NCBI RefSeq assembly: GCF_046592595.1
Contig: NZ_JAWVPF010000002.1
Coordinates: 430,985 to 494,984, forward strand
Source of the DNA: Terribacillus saccharophilus
GTDB taxonomy: Bacteria > Bacillota > Bacilli > Bacillales > Amphibacillaceae
DNA length: 64,000 nt
Reading direction: 5' to 3'
This document shows, piece by piece, positions 45,510 through 57,125 of the stretch. The translations under genes and the position numbers were made by a program. Below the pieces are notes generated by a model. It had not been told where the DNA came from. It was given only the letters and a program-made list of their open reading frames with translations, and searched no databases. The stretch's first letter is position 1, and each line of letters opens with the position of its first letter.

Positions 45510-46862
45510 TTATTTGTCCTCGACTGTGAACAGACTGCCATTTCCAAGACCGGATTCTTTGCCCGGCAATACAAGGTTCAAGACGACACCAACTAGTGCT
45601 GCTAATGCCATGCTGTTGATTTCTAAATCTAAATCTGCAATCTGGAAGCGAAGGAAAGCTCCGCCGATTCCGATGACCAAGATGATGGAGCTGATGATCA
45701 GGTTGCGTTTATCCCCTAAATCAAGCTGGCTGTCAATCATTGTCCGCAGACCGCTTGCAGCAATGATTCCAAAGAGCATGATGCTCACACCGCCCATGAC
45801 TGCCGATGGTACGGAGCTTATAAGAGCTGTGATCAAGCCTGTGAATCCGAACAATATAGCAAGTACTGCTGTACCGCCGATGACGAAAACACTGAACACT
45901 CTCGTGATCGCCAGCACCCCGATGTTTTCCCCGTACGTCGTGTTTGGCGGACCGCCAAGCAAGGAAGCGATCATCGTTGCAACTCCATCACCTGCCAGGG
46001 AAGTATGCAAACCTGGCTTGACAAGCATGTTTTGATCGACAATTTTGGATAGTGCCAGCTGGTGGCCGATATGTTCGGAAACCGTTACGACCGCGATAGG
46101 CACCATCGTGAAGAAAAGCTGCCAGCTGAATACGTCGGCGACGTTGTAATCTACAAACGGTATGGTAAAGTTCGGTACCGTGAAGATTCCGCTGAAGAAT
46201 GCACCGATGCTATCTGCTGTAACAATCTGGTTCCAAGCTGCCTGTACGCCGCTTGTATCCACGATTCCCTGTGTGAGAGCGAAGATGTACCCGCCGATAA
46301 TCCCTATCAAGACCGGAATCAGTCCAAGGAATCCTTTCAGGAAGATGGACGCTGCTACTGTGATTGCTAACGTGACAAGTGCGATGGTGAAGTATTTTGT
46401 GCTGTATTCCCCTGTATCTGGTGCATTCATTGCCATATCCACCGCAGTAGGTGCCAGTGCAAGACCTATAACGATGATAACTGGTCCAACCACAATTGGC
46501 GGAAGCAGTTTGATGATACTTTTCAGTCCGCCGAGACGGATGGCAATCGCAACTACGCCGTAAGCAAGCCCTGCGAAAAAGCTGCCGATCATGGCACCGC
46601 CGATGCCGGCAGTTTCAATCGCTTGCGTTATCGGATAGATAAAGGCAAAACTCGAGCCTAGATAAGCTGGCACCGTTCCTCTTGTGATCAAGATGAATGC
46701 GAGTGTGCCGACGCCGCTTGATACAAGCGCTACAGCCGGATCAAGTCCGGTCAGCGCCGGCACCAGGATAGTGGCACCGAACATTGCGAATAAATGCTGT
46801 AGGCTGAATATGATCCATTGATTCCATTTTGGTATGTCGTGTATGTTTAGTGCTGGCTTCAT
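45510..46862 (-). CDS. pyrP: Uracil permease.
   Basis: NCS2-family 12-14 TM transporter. It sits between pyrR and pyrB as in B. subtilis. Confidence 0.9.
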   Translation of the reverse strand: MKPALNIHDIPKWNQWIIFSLQHLFAMFGATILVPALTGLDPAVALVSSGVGTLAFILITRGTVPAYLGSSFAFIYPITQAIETAGIGGAMIGSFFAGLAYGVVAIAIRLGGLKSIIKLLPPIVVGPVIIVIGLALAPTAVDMAMNAPDTGEYSTKYFTIALVTLAITVAASIFLKGFLGLIPVLIGIIGGYIFALTQGIVDTSGVQAAWNQIVTADSIGAFFSGIFTVPNFTIPFVDYNVADVFSWQLFFTMVPIAVVTVSEHIGHQLALSKIVDQNMLVKPGLHTSLAGDGVATMIASLLGGPPNTTYGENIGVLAITRVFSVFVIGGTAVLAILFGFTGLITALISSVPSAVMGGVSIMLFGIIAASGLRTMIDSQLDLGDKRNLIISSIILVIGIGGAFLRFQIADLDLEINSMALAALVGVVLNLVLPGKESGLGNGSLFTVEDK

Positions 46863-46885
46863 CTGTTTCGCTCCTCTTTTCCCCT

Positions 46886-46985
46886 AAAAAAAATGCCTCT
46901 TTGCGATTTTGGTCGCAAAGAGGCATACGTCTGCCACTTCTGTGGTGACGTTGTTTGCGACCTTGTAAGCCTCTCTGGACTTCCG
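46886..46985 (-). promoter_or_regulatory. PyrR-dependent transcription attenuator (pyrR-pyrP intercistronic).
   Basis: PyrR-binding loop AGUCCAGAGAGGCUUACAAGG (+ 46961-46981). It is followed by terminator GCCUCUUUGCGA...UCGCAAAGAGGC plus a U8 tract (+ 46886-46924). Confidence 0.85.
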
Positions 46986-46995
46986 TTAAAGGTCT

Positions 46996-47665
<670 letters not shown>

Positions 47666-47686
47666 AGGTCTTATTCAACTGCATTC

Positions 47687-47715
47687 AGTATCGCATGTCA
47701 GAGAACGGCTGTCAA
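47687..47715 (-). promoter_or_regulatory. Putative sigmaA promoter of the pyr operon.
   Basis: -35 TTGACA (+ 47710-47715), 17-nt spacer, -10 GATACT (+ 47687-47692). It overlaps the rluD stop. Confidence 0.5.
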
Positions 47716-48623
47716 GCGTTGAACTTTAACTTGTCCAATTCCTCTTGAAATACTGCTGGTACAGGTGCTTCGAAATGCATCCAATCACCAGAAATCGGAT
47801 GATTGAAGCCAAGAACCGCAGCATGCAGTGCCTGACCATCGATATCCAATGTTCTGCGCGGACCGTATTTCGGATCTCCAGCAAGCGGATAGCCGATATA
47901 TTGCATATGCACGCGAATTTGATGTGTTCTGCCTGTCTCCAGCTTACATTCTATATAGGTGAATTCTTCAAAGCGTTCCAACACCTCAAAATGCGTTACT
48001 GCAGCTTTACCATTTTCAACGACAGCCATTTTTTGACGATCATTGGGGTCACGTCCAATTGGCGCTTCAATTGTGCCGAACTCATGATCGATCACACCAT
48101 GGACAATGGCACGGTACTTCCGTTCAATGTCATGGTCCTTCAGCATATCCGTCAATTTTTGGTGTGCTTTATCATGCTTAGCGACTACTAATAGACCGCT
48201 TGTATCCTTATCGATACGGTGTACAATTCCAGGACGCATTGTTCCGTTAATACCGGAAAGATCTTTTAGATGGTAAAGCAGTGCGTGAACCATCGTGCCA
48301 GACTGATGGCCGTTGGAAGGATGTACGACCATTCCGCGCGGCTTGTTTACTACTGCTATATCAGCATCTTCATAAACAATTTCAAGCGGAATATTTTCTG
48401 CTTCGATTTTCAATTCTTCGGGTTCCGGAATCGACCACTCGATTACGTCCCCTTCTTGCACGGTATATTTATTCTTTACTTTTGTACCGTTCACTGTTAC
48501 CAGATCTTCTTTGACCCAGCTCTGTGCCTGACTCCGGGAAACATCCTCCTGGATATCAGATAACAGCTTATCAATGCGCAAGCCCGCTTGCTCGGCTGCG
48601 ACAGTATGTTCCAACTGACTCAT
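47712..48623 (-). CDS. rluD: 23S rRNA pseudouridine synthase RluD (YlyB).
   Basis: S4 domain plus the RluA-family catalytic motif HRIDKDTSGLLVVAK. Confidence 0.9.
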   Translation of the reverse strand: MSQLEHTVAAEQAGLRIDKLLSDIQEDVSRSQAQSWVKEDLVTVNGTKVKNKYTVQEGDVIEWSIPEPEELKIEAENIPLEIVYEDADIAVVNKPRGMVVHPSNGHQSGTMVHALLYHLKDLSGINGTMRPGIVHRIDKDTSGLLVVAKHDKAHQKLTDMLKDHDIERKYRAIVHGVIDHEFGTIEAPIGRDPNDRQKMAVVENGKAAVTHFEVLERFEEFTYIECKLETGRTHQIRVHMQYIGYPLAGDPKYGPRRTLDIDGQALHAAVLGFNHPISGDWMHFEAPVPAVFQEELDKLKFNA

Positions 48624-49084
48624 GCTTCTTTTCTTCCTTTCTTTCGCTCATCAAGCAGCATAGCAATAATGATGAGGATTACACCTACAACCAGACAGGA
48701 ATCCGCCACGTTGAAGATTGGATAATGATAGTCACCGAAACGTGTATCAACGAAATCGACGACCTCCTTGCGGAATAGACGATCGATGAAGTTGCCGATG
48801 GCTCCGCCAAGTACCAGCGAAAGTCCGGTGCCCATCAATTTGCTTTCCTTGCTATATTTCACAATATAATAGCTGACTATGACAATAACAATCGCTGTTA
48901 TAAGATAGAAGAACCAAAAATGGCCTTCTAAAATCCCCCAGGCTGCTCCTCGGTTACGATGAGAAGACAAGTAAAGGAAATTATCGATGACTGGAATTGA
49001 CTCTCCTTCTGTCATATTTTTCACTACTGCCAATTTCGTTAGCTGATCGATGATGATCAGAATAATCGCGATGACAAAATACAT
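48620..49084 (-). CDS. lspA: Lipoprotein signal peptidase II.
   Basis: MYFVIAIILIIIDQLTKLAVV...HRNRGAAWGI...FNVADS. The start at M60 of the track ORF follows alignment to B. subtilis LspA. The alternative start is M57 at 49093. Confidence 0.8.
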   Translation of the reverse strand: MYFVIAIILIIIDQLTKLAVVKNMTEGESIPVIDNFLYLSSHRNRGAAWGILEGHFWFFYLITAIVIVIVSYYIVKYSKESKLMGTGLSLVLGGAIGNFIDRLFRKEVVDFVDTRFGDYHYPIFNVADSCLVVGVILIIIAMLLDERKKGRKEA

Positions 49085-49154
49085 GGACTCCATTTCCCCC
49101 GTTCCATACAATCTATCTTGCATTTTACCATAATTGCGATGAAAAAGATTGTCC

Positions 49155-49189
49155 AGATAAAAAGAAAGCTTCGCTTTAAAGCGAAGCTT
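49155..49189 (-). terminator. Intrinsic terminator after ileS.
   Basis: Perfect palindromic hairpin AAAGCTTCGCTTT/AAAGCGAAGCTTT, followed by TCTTTTTAT on the - strand. Confidence 0.8.
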
Positions 49190-49196
49190 TCTCTTC

Positions 49197-51950
49197 TTAC
49201 GCGTGATAGTGTGCTTCCACGATGCTTGCACAACGTGAACATAGCTCAGGATGCTTCTCATCCTGCCCTACTGTGTCGGAAGCAACCCAGCAGCGTTCGC
49301 AACGGTCAGCCGGATGTTTCTCAACACGGACAGCCACGTGCTCATAATCAGCAGCCTCTGCATCTGCATCCACTACATTTGCCTCAGATACAATAAGCAA
49401 TTGATGCAAATTATCGATGCCTTGAAGCAACTGTTTTGTTTCATCATCTTTCGCAACGATAGTTAGTTTGGATTCCAATGATTTACCAATGACTTTCTCA
49501 CTGCGGGCAATTTCCAATGCTTTCAGAACGTCATCGCGCACTTTCATGAAATGATCCCATTTTGTCAAAAGCGCATCATCATCTGCAATTGCTGCAGCTT
49601 CTGGGAAATCAGTCAGCTGTACGCTTTCTGCTTTTTCACCTGGAACATAGCTCCAAGCTTCCTCTGTTGTATGTGCAAGAATCGGTGCAAGCATTTGCAG
49701 AAGCGATTTTACGATTTCGTAATAAGCAGTCTGGATGCTGCGGCGTGCTGGATGATCAGCTGCCTCGATATAAAGGATATCTTTACCGAAATCAAGATAG
49801 AACGAACTTAGTTCTACAGAACAGAAGCTTAGGATTGCAGTATATACATCCGCAAATTCGTATTTGTCATAGCTCGCGCGTACGTGCTTAACCAAATCTG
49901 AAAGTTTTGCAAGCATGTAACGATCTACTTCCACCATATCAGCATGCGCCACGCTATCCTTAGCAGGATCGAAATCATGCAAGTTAGCTAGCAGGAAGCG
50001 GAATGTGTTCCGGATCTTACGGTAACCCTCGGATGTCTGCTTGATGATTTCATCAGAGATGCGGACATCAGATTGATAATCAACGGAAGCAACCCATAGA
50101 CGGAGGATATCCGCACCGTACTGCTTCATGATTTTCGCCGGTACAACAATGTTTCCAAGCGATTTACTCATTTTCTTGCCTTTACCGTCCAATGCGAATC
50201 CGTGACTAAGGACTGCTTTGTACGGTGCTTTGCCTGTTACAGCAACAGCAGTCGTCAAAGATGAGTTGAACCAGCCGCGATATTGGTCGGAGCCTTCCAG
50301 GTAAAGGTCAGCTGGGCGCTGCAGTTCCGGACGATTCACCAGCACACCTTGGTGGGAAGAACCAGAATCGAACCATACGTCCATGATATCTGTTTCCTTC
50401 GTGAAGATACCATTTGGGCTATGCTCAGAAGTGAAGCCTTCAGGCAATAGATCTTTTGCTTCTCTTTCGAACCAGATGTTTGAGCCGTGCTCCAGGAACA
50501 GGTCGGAAACATGCTGGATTGTTTCTTCCGTGATGATCGGCTCTCCATTTTCCCCATAGAATACAGGAATCGGAACACCCCATGCACGCTGACGGGAAAT
50601 ACACCAGTCTTCACGATCACGGAACATGTTATAAAGACGCGTTTCGCCCCATTTCGGGAACCATTCCACTTCCTTGATCTGTTCGATGATTTGCTCACGG
50701 AATGCTTTTATGGAAGCGAACCACTGAGCTGTTGCACGATAGATGACCGGTTTCTTTGTACGCCAGTCATGCGGGTAAGAATGCGTGAAGAATTCAAGCT
50801 TCATCAACGCACCTTTTTCTTCAAGCAGTTCTGTGATTTCTTTGTTTGCCGTATCATAGAATACACCTTCAAAGCCAGGAGCTTCGCTTGTGAATACACC
50901 TTTGTCATCTAATGGGCTGATGATTGGCAATTTGTATTTTTGGCTGGCAAAGAAATCTTCTTCCCCGTGTCCAGGTGCTGTGTGTACGCAGCCTGTACCG
51001 CTGTCTGTTGTAACATGTTCGCCAAGGATGATTAAAGAATCACGGTCATAAAAAGGATGCTGTGTTGTAACATACTCCGCTTCTTTCCCTTTGAATGTTT
51101 TCAGAACTTCAGGATTGCTCCATTCAAGCGTTTCTGTAACATTGCTCAGCAGATCTTCTGCCACGACATATTTCTCGCTGCCGACTTGCGCCACCACGTA
51201 TGTCACTTCTGGATGAAGAGAGATTGCGACGTTAGCAGGCAATGTCCAAGGAGTAGTCGTCCAAATGATGAATTTCTCGTCACCTTGGAACAGGTCTTTA
51301 CCGTCTTTAACTTGGAAAGCCACATAGATAGATGCAGAGCGTTTGTCTTGATACTCGATTTCTGCCTCTGCCAAAGCAGATTCAGAAGATGGAGACCAGT
51401 ATACTGGCTTCATGCCTTTATAGATATAGCCGCGTTCTGCCATTTCGCCGAAAACTTTGATCTGTGCTGCTTCATAATCTTTTGTCAGGGTGATATAAGG
51501 ATTATCCCAATCACCGCGAACACCTAGCTGCTTGAACTGCGTACGCTGATTATTGATCTGCTGCATTGCGTATTCTGCACAAAGACGGCGGAATTCCGCA
51601 ACTGTCATTTTCTTGCGGTCAACCTTTTTCTTCGTAAGCGCCTGCTCAATCGGCAGTCCGTGTGTATCCCAGCCTGGAACATATGGTGCATGGAAGCCGG
51701 ACATTGATTTATAGCGAACGATAAAGTCCTTTAATACTTTGTTAAGCGCATGGCCCATATGAAGGTCACCATTGGCGTATGGAGGTCCGTCATGCAATAC
51801 GAAGAGCGGACGCCCTTCCGTTCTTTCCTGCACTTTTTTGTAGATATTTTGTTCTTCCCATTCCTGCTGCATCTTTGGTTCTTTGTTCGGCAGGTTGCCG
51901 CGCATCGGGAAAGCCGTTTCCGGCATCAGCAGTGTTTCTTTGTAATCCAA
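49197..51950 (-). CDS. ileS: Isoleucyl-tRNA synthetase.
   Basis: [13 protein letters not shown] and C-terminal zinc-finger motifs. TTG start ([21 protein letters not shown] aligns with B. subtilis [21 protein letters not shown]) with RBS GGAGG 8 nt upstream. The track ORF's extra N-terminus runs through the RBS and the T-box terminator. Confidence 0.9.
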   Translation of the reverse strand: MDYKETLLMPETAFPMRGNLPNKEPKMQQEWEEQNIYKKVQERTEGRPLFVLHDGPPYANGDLHMGHALNKVLKDFIVRYKSMSGFHAPYVPGWDTHGLPIEQALTKKKVDRKKMTVAEFRRLCAEYAMQQINNQRTQFKQLGVRGDWDNPYITLTKDYEAAQIKVFGEMAERGYIYKGMKPVYWSPSSESALAEAEIEYQDKRSASIYVAFQVKDGKDLFQGDEKFIIWTTTPWTLPANVAISLHPEVTYVVAQVGSEKYVVAEDLLSNVTETLEWSNPEVLKTFKGKEAEYVTTQHPFYDRDSLIILGEHVTTDSGTGCVHTAPGHGEEDFFASQKYKLPIISPLDDKGVFTSEAPGFEGVFYDTANKEITELLEEKGALMKLEFFTHSYPHDWRTKKPVIYRATAQWFASIKAFREQIIEQIKEVEWFPKWGETRLYNMFRDREDWCISRQRAWGVPIPVFYGENGEPIITEETIQHVSDLFLEHGSNIWFEREAKDLLPEGFTSEHSPNGIFTKETDIMDVWFDSGSSHQGVLVNRPELQRPADLYLEGSDQYRGWFNSSLTTAVAVTGKAPYKAVLSHGFALDGKGKKMSKSLGNIVVPAKIMKQYGADILRLWVASVDYQSDVRISDEIIKQTSEGYRKIRNTFRFLLANLHDFDPAKDSVAHADMVEVDRYMLAKLSDLVKHVRASYDKYEFADVYTAILSFCSVELSSFYLDFGKDILYIEAADHPARRSIQTAYYEIVKSLLQMLAPILAHTTEEAWSYVPGEKAESVQLTDFPEAAAIADDDALLTKWDHFMKVRDDVLKALEIARSEKVIGKSLESKLTIVAKDDETKQLLQGIDNLHQLLIVSEANVVDADAEAADYEHVAVRVEKHPADRCERCWVASDTVGQDEKHPELCSRCASIVEAHYHA

Positions 51951-51987
51951 TGTTTTTTCCTCCTTATGATGACCGATAAAATTGGGC

Positions 51988-52262
51988 AAAAAAAGGAGTC
52001 CCTCATCATCCCAGAAGGGACGAGAGAGACTCGCGGTACCACCCTTATAGACAGACTAGTAACATCTATCCACTCAAATTCGTAACGTGAATGAGACGTC
52101 CATTTCTACTGCTTGCGGTTCGAATGGAAACTAGCGGGTGATGTTCGAAAGAAATACCGTACCAGGCTCTCACCTTCCCTGGCTCGCTTTGAAAGCGGTA
52201 TGGACTTCCTACTGTCCCGATCACAGTCTTTATATCATGGTCATGTTGTTTGCTAATAATAG
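51988..52262 (-). ncRNA. T-box leader (Ile specifier) of ileS.
   Basis: Conserved T-box sequence AGGGUGGUACCGCG (+ 52032-52045). Terminator GUCCCU...AGGGAC plus U7 (+ 51988-52021). Candidate specifier AUC followed by A in GAACAUCACCC. Confidence 0.85.
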
Positions 52263-52266
52263 TAAA

Positions 52267-52295
52267 ATTATATGTAAGTTTACGAAAAACGTCAA
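52267..52295 (-). promoter_or_regulatory. SigmaA promoter of ileS.
   Basis: TTGACG-N17-TATAAT on the - strand. Confidence 0.7.
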
Positions 52296-52302
52296 GCGGA
52301 CT

Positions 52303-52803
52303 TTATTCCGCCTTCTCTTCCTCAGGCTCATACGCTACCTCTGTGGCGAATAAACCATCCCAATCATCCGTATCAATCATCTCAAGCTGTGCTTCTACAA
52401 GCATCTTCAGACGGGTACGGAATACTTTTGCCTGTTTTTTAAGGTCCTCGACTTCCAAAGCGATCTGGCGGGACTTCGTGAGGGACTCGTTGATGATACG
52501 GTCAGCATTCTTCTCCGCTTCCTTGATGATCAGCTTGGACTCCTTCAAAGCATTGCCTTTCACTTCTTCAGCTGTCTCCTGCGCAACTAGGATCGACTTA
52601 TTCAGTGTCGTTTCAATATTGTTGAAATGACCAAGTCGTTCTTCGAGCTGCTGCACACGCTCTTCTAAATCCTTCTTCTCACGGATGATGATCTCATAAT
52701 CCTTGATCACCCTGTCGAGGAAGTCGTTCACATCATCTTCATCATAACCGCGGAATCCGCGGGCGAACTCCTTATTGTGAATATCCAAAGGTGTTAATGG
52801 CAC
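52303..52803 (-). CDS. divIVA: Cell-division/polar scaffold protein DivIVA.
   Basis: MPLTPLDIHNKEFARGFRGYDEDDVNDFLD (B. subtilis MPLTPNDIHNKTFTKSFRGYDEDEVNEFL). GTG start 6 nt after AGGAGGTG. Confidence 0.9.
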   Translation of the reverse strand: MPLTPLDIHNKEFARGFRGYDEDDVNDFLDRVIKDYEIIIREKKDLEERVQQLEERLGHFNNIETTLNKSILVAQETAEEVKGNALKESKLIIKEAEKNADRIINESLTKSRQIALEVEDLKKQAKVFRTRLKMLVEAQLEMIDTDDWDGLFATEVAYEPEEEKAE

Positions 52804-52875
52804 GACGGCCACCTCCTGTTAAAGAATCTATAATAGCTGTTATTCGACAAAGATAGCATAAAATAACCGTTACGG

Positions 52876-53649
52876 CTACTTTAATTTTTTCAATGTAATG
52901 CGCAGCTTGTCCTTCTTTGTTGTACCCTTTACTTCTGCAAGCTTGCCCCTGCCCTTGCCTCGCAGGGACAGGAGATCTCCCTCAGCCAGTTGGAAGCTGA
53001 CATCCTCGACTGTCTTGAAATTCACTTTGACAAGCCCTTTTTGGATACGCTCAGCCGCTTGCTGTCGTGACATACGGTAGAGCTCCTTTATGATTGCATC
53101 CAGTCTAAGCGAGGAAACAGTAGTTTCACTCGTGACCCATTCCACCTCTTCAGGGCTGAACCGATCAGGATCTACTGATTCCCACGATACTTTGGCTCTT
53201 TTGACTTCGACTAAATTCGCACGTATGTATGCAGCGATGTCTGATGTAGTAAAAAGCTGAATCACGCCTTCTCCCACACTGATATCTCCCAACTTTTTAC
53301 GGTCGATCCCAAGGGAAAGAAAAGATCCCATTACATCACGATGCTCAAGTGTAACAAACTTATCAGGATAAGCTGCTTCTAGAAGCTCGATACTAAAGTC
53401 CTCAGGTGTTATCGAATCATAAAACGGAGCGATGATCCCCCGCTTTCTTTCTGCTTTCTCTGTTCCGCCTGAAAAAGCCCATTGCAGCTCCGTCTGCCCG
53501 CCCAATAGCTGCTGGAAGATAAGCTGTTCCCGGGGGTCCAGGAAATCGGTCACCCGGGGCTGGTATTGACGCTCTACTTGTTCCATCCAGGAAAGGATCT
53601 GGTCAATGAAAGGACGTTCTTCTTCCCGGTAATGCTGATAGATACTCAC
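52876..53649 (-). CDS. ylmH: S4-domain RNA-binding protein YlmH.
   Basis: MSIYQHYREEERPFIDQ...TDFLDPREQ, nearly identical at the N-terminus to B. subtilis YlmH. C-terminal S4 domain. Confidence 0.85.
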   Translation of the reverse strand: MSIYQHYREEERPFIDQILSWMEQVERQYQPRVTDFLDPREQLIFQQLLGGQTELQWAFSGGTEKAERKRGIIAPFYDSITPEDFSIELLEAAYPDKFVTLEHRDVMGSFLSLGIDRKKLGDISVGEGVIQLFTTSDIAAYIRANLVEVKRAKVSWESVDPDRFSPEEVEWVTSETTVSSLRLDAIIKELYRMSRQQAAERIQKGLVKVNFKTVEDVSFQLAEGDLLSLRGKGRGKLAEVKGTTKKDKLRITLKKLK

Positions 53650-53670
53650 GCTGCGTTGTACACCTCATCA

Positions 53671-53928
53671 TTAAAAAATCATAAAGTAAATCGTTCTTAC
53701 GCCACTCTCCGCCAAGCGCAAAACAATAATCCCGACGATTGGGGACAAGTCGATCATTCCAAGCGGCGGAATAAAGCGTCGAAATACTTCTAAATATGGT
53801 TCACAAATCCTGCCTAGCATTTCGCCGAACGCTGACTGCCTGGCTCCAGGGAACCAAGACATAAGGATATAAATGATCAGCGCAAAGGAATATACTGTGA
53901 AAGCTGTACTAATTATGCTCAAAAGCAT
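53671..53928 (-). CDS. ylmG: YGGT-family membrane protein YlmG.
   Basis: YSFALIIYILMSWFP...EPYLEVFRRFIPPLGMIDLSPIV. Confidence 0.85.
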   Translation of the reverse strand: MLLSIISTAFTVYSFALIIYILMSWFPGARQSAFGEMLGRICEPYLEVFRRFIPPLGMIDLSPIVGIIVLRLAESGVRTIYFMIF

Positions 53929-53934
53929 CTGCCT

Positions 53935-54381
53935 CTACCACCTCTTATTATAATCATCCTGCTCTTCTATCATATCGGATATACTGCCGGTTAATTCAAT
54001 ATTATCCGGCGCACACAGGAAGGTCTGGCTGCCCAGCTTCTGGATATCGCCATTGACCGCGTAGACGGTACCACTAAGAAAATCAACGATGCGCTTAGCT
54101 TGATGATGATCAACCCGCTGCAAATTCAGCACTACTGCTCTTCTGTTCACCACATGATCAGCAATTTCCTGTGCTTCGTTGTATGTCCTTGGTTCACAAA
54201 GCACGACTTTGGAAGAGGATTGGACGCTTTTCAAGCTGACAACATTCTGATTTTGGTTCCGCTCCCGCCCGCTAGGCTGATACGGTTCGATTTCTTCTTG
54301 CTCGTTCGGCTGTTCTTCGACGTATTCATATTCTTCATCATCTACAGTAAAGAAATTTCTCATCTTATTTTTGAAACTCAT
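53935..54381 (-). CDS. sepF: Cell division protein SepF (YlmF).
   Basis: [21 protein letters not shown]-terminus, and a C-terminal SepF domain ([19 protein letters not shown]...VVLNLQRV). RBS GAGGTGAAG is ahead of M7 of the track ORF. Confidence 0.85.
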   Translation of the reverse strand: MSFKNKMRNFFTVDDEEYEYVEEQPNEQEEIEPYQPSGRERNQNQNVVSLKSVQSSSKVVLCEPRTYNEAQEIADHVVNRRAVVLNLQRVDHHQAKRIVDFLSGTVYAVNGDIQKLGSQTFLCAPDNIELTGSISDMIEEQDDYNKRW

Positions 54382-54395
54382 TTTCTTCACCTCGC

Positions 54396-55076
54396 TCATT
54401 TATATGGACCTACAAGTGCAGAGCCGACCCGGATATGGGTCGCTCCTTCTTCTATCGCGATTGTGTAGTCATTACTCATTCCCATGGATAAGAATGTACA
54501 AGGTGCATGCAGCATACCTGCAGCTGCCACTTCATCCCGAAGCTGCCTCAATCCGCTGAACACACTGCGGAGTACATCTTCCTTCTCTGTATGTGGTGCC
54601 ATTGTCATCAGGCCGACAACTTCAATTGCCGGATATTCCGCAAGCTGCTTGATAAAGTTAAGCGTTTCATCAGGTGATAGACCTGATTTAGTAGCTTCTC
54701 CGCTCACATTAACCTGAACAAAGCATTTAACCTTCTTTGCTGCCCGCTTTTGAATTTCCTTTGCAAGCGACAGCCTGTCTAATGCATGCAGATAGTCCAC
54801 CTGATTTATGACATCTTTTACTTTTCTTGTTTGCAGACTTCCGATGAAATGCCATACAGCTTTTTCACCGATTATTGCCTGCTTCTCAAGGAAACCCTCG
54901 ATCCGATTCTCTCCTAAATCGACAATACCGGCATCGACAGCTTCTTCTGTTCGTTCAATTGTAACATATTTCGTAACGGCAAGGAGTGTTATATCCTCGG
55001 AATTTCGGCCTGATTTAGACGCTGCCGAGCTAATATCCTCCTTGATCTGTGCCAGGTTCTCTTGTACTGTATTCAT
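54396..55076 (-). CDS. ylmE: PLP-binding homeostasis protein YggS/YlmE.
   Basis: LLAVTKY lysine motif in an alanine-racemase-fold N-terminal barrel. Confidence 0.85.
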   Translation of the reverse strand: MNTVQENLAQIKEDISSAASKSGRNSEDITLLAVTKYVTIERTEEAVDAGIVDLGENRIEGFLEKQAIIGEKAVWHFIGSLQTRKVKDVINQVDYLHALDRLSLAKEIQKRAAKKVKCFVQVNVSGEATKSGLSPDETLNFIKQLAEYPAIEVVGLMTMAPHTEKEDVLRSVFSGLRQLRDEVAAAGMLHAPCTFLSMGMSNDYTIAIEEGATHIRVGSALVGPYK

Positions 55077-55078
55077 GC

Positions 55079-55885
55079 TTACTCCTCTTTCATCCCGATA
55101 AAACCGATCATCCTGCCGGTTTTTCCTTGATCTTCCCTATGCGAATAGAATTCAGGGGAATCGTATGTACAATATGCTACAGTAAATATGTTTTCATCCT
55201 GAATTCCTGCTTGCAGCATATACAGTCGATTAAGCTCCTGCAAATCAAGATGGTATCGGTCTGATCCGCTTGGTTGCAGCACTTTATCCCGGAATTCCTC
55301 AGGTATCTGCTGTACAATATAATCGTCCACTTCGTACCTTTTTTTTGATATACATGGTCCGATAATCGCTTGCATACTGTTCTTATTTGCTCCATTTGCA
55401 CAAAGAGCTTCAATCATTTTCCCTGCCATATTAGCGACAGTTCCACGCCAGCCAGCGTGTGCCATCCCTACCCACTCACTAGTGCTGTCGTAAAAATAAA
55501 GAGGCACGCAGTCTGCAAAAAAAGCAGCCAGGAGCATGCCTTTTTCATTGGTAATCAGACCATCGACCGACGGGAGGCTGTCAGCTAGTACCCGGCTTCC
55601 GCGACCAGCTTCATTTTTTGTGACGACTGCAATTTCTGTTCCGTGGACTTGCTCTCCTAGAACCCATCTTTCCAAAGGGAACTCGATAGCATCGGCAAGA
55701 AGCTCACGGTTCCGGACGACATCCTCTGGCACATCGCCAACATGCAGCCCCATATTCAGACTATCAAAAGGTGCCTTGCTCACACCATTGTATTTTGTTG
55801 TAATCCCGCTGATGATGCCCTCAGGAGCTGACCATCCGCCAAGCTCCATATACATCCCCTTTAGGTTGGAAGCTGTTGCTCTCAT
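55079..55885 (-). CDS. ylmD: YfiH/PgeF-family purine nucleoside phosphorylase/laccase-domain protein YlmD.
   Basis: SLNMGLHVGD...EQVHG...FFADCVP...HAGWRG motifs of DUF152. Confidence 0.85.
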   Translation of the reverse strand: MRATASNLKGMYMELGGWSAPEGIISGITTKYNGVSKAPFDSLNMGLHVGDVPEDVVRNRELLADAIEFPLERWVLGEQVHGTEIAVVTKNEAGRGSRVLADSLPSVDGLITNEKGMLLAAFFADCVPLYFYDSTSEWVGMAHAGWRGTVANMAGKMIEALCANGANKNSMQAIIGPCISKKRYEVDDYIVQQIPEEFRDKVLQPSGSDRYHLDLQELNRLYMLQAGIQDENIFTVAYCTYDSPEFYSHREDQGKTGRMIGFIGMKEE

Positions 55886-55946
55886 ATGGTACCCACTCCT
55901 CTAATTGCTTTTATAGTACCATATTTCTGCTTGTTTCTGAACAAGA

Positions 55947-56213
55947 TTACTTGCTTGCTTCTTCTGTAACAGGAGCTTGTTCAGGGCTTTTGATCAAGAT
56001 GACATCTGTTCCGATCGTGATGATCTGATTCCATGGAACGACTAATTCCTCTTCCTTCCCAAACAGACCCATCATTTTTCCCCGAAGTGTCACGATAATT
56101 GCTGATATATGCCCATTTTGTTCATTGATTTCCAAATCGGACACATTTCCTACTTTTTTCCCATTCTCCATCAGAACAATATCCTTCATTTGCAATTCGG
56201 TTAGCGTCATCAA
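55947..56213 (-). CDS. ylmC: PRC-barrel sporulation protein YlmC/YmxH.
   Basis: LTELQMKDIV...NGKKVGNVSDLEIN...GHISAIIV matches B. subtilis YlmC. Confidence 0.8.
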   Translation of the reverse strand: MMTLTELQMKDIVLMENGKKVGNVSDLEINEQNGHISAIIVTLRGKMMGLFGKEEELVVPWNQIITIGTDVILIKSPEQAPVTEEASK

Positions 56214-56276
56214 TACCTGTCCCCTTTGCTGTTTTCTTCTAGTCTATGCGGCCAAGCTCAGGAATTAGTATGCAAA

Positions 56277-56305
56277 CAAAAAAAAGACACCTGGGTCAGG
56301 TGTCT
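56277..56305 (-). terminator. Intrinsic terminator of sigG.
   Basis: AGACACCTG-acc-CAGGTGTCT plus U8 on the - strand, abutting the sigG stop. Confidence 0.8.
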
Positions 56306-57088
56306 TTACTCGAACATTTGTTTATTCATTTCTTCTATCGCTGCTTTTTCCAACCGCGATACTTGCGCTTGGGAGATACCGATTTCGTCTGCGACTTCCA
56401 TCTGTGTCTTACCTTGGAAGAAACGTTTATTCAGTATCATTTTCTCCCGTTCATTTAAACGATGCATGCCCTCTTTCAGGGAAAGGTTATCCAGCCAGTT
56501 AGCATCATTCTCTGACTCACTGCGAAGCTGATCCAAAACGAATATCGGATCACCACCATCATTGTAAATCGGTTCGAACAACGAAACCGGATCTTGGATG
56601 GCATCCATTGCAAAAGTTATATCAGAAGGCTGGACGCCAAGCTCGGCAGCAATCTCTGCTGTTGTCGGATCCTTGGATGTCTTCGCAATCAATTGTTCTC
56701 GTACTTGCAAAGCTTTGTATGCCGTATCACGCAAGGAACGAGATACACGAATCGGATTATTGTCTCTTAAATAGCGGCGGATTTCGCCAATGATCATCGG
56801 CACTGCGTATGTAGAAAAACGCACATTATGCTTCAAATCGAAATTATCAATGGATTTCATTAGTCCGATACAGCCTACTTGAAAAAGATCGTCGACATAT
56901 TCTCCTCTGTTATTGAAGCGCTGAATAACACTGAGCACGAGTCGGAGATTGCCATTGACGAGTTCTTCCCGGGCTGAAATGTCGTCTTCTTGCTGCATGC
57001 GGATGAATAGCTTTTTCATTTCCTCATTTTTGAGTACTGGCAGTTTTGAAGTATCTACTCCACATATTTCAACTTTCTGTCTCGACAT
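56306..57088 (-). CDS. sigG: Sporulation sigma factor sigG.
   Basis: MSRQKVEICGVDTSKLPVLKNEEM... is more than 85% identical to B. subtilis SigG at the N-terminus. Regions 2 and 4 are present. Confidence 0.95.
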   Translation of the reverse strand: MSRQKVEICGVDTSKLPVLKNEEMKKLFIRMQQEDDISAREELVNGNLRLVLSVIQRFNNRGEYVDDLFQVGCIGLMKSIDNFDLKHNVRFSTYAVPMIIGEIRRYLRDNNPIRVSRSLRDTAYKALQVREQLIAKTSKDPTTAEIAAELGVQPSDITFAMDAIQDPVSLFEPIYNDGGDPIFVLDQLRSESENDANWLDNLSLKEGMHRLNEREKMILNKRFFQGKTQMEVADEIGISQAQVSRLEKAAIEEMNKQMFE

Positions 57089-57125
57089 GTTACTTGACCT
57101 CCCGAATGAAGATACGATGCAAGCA

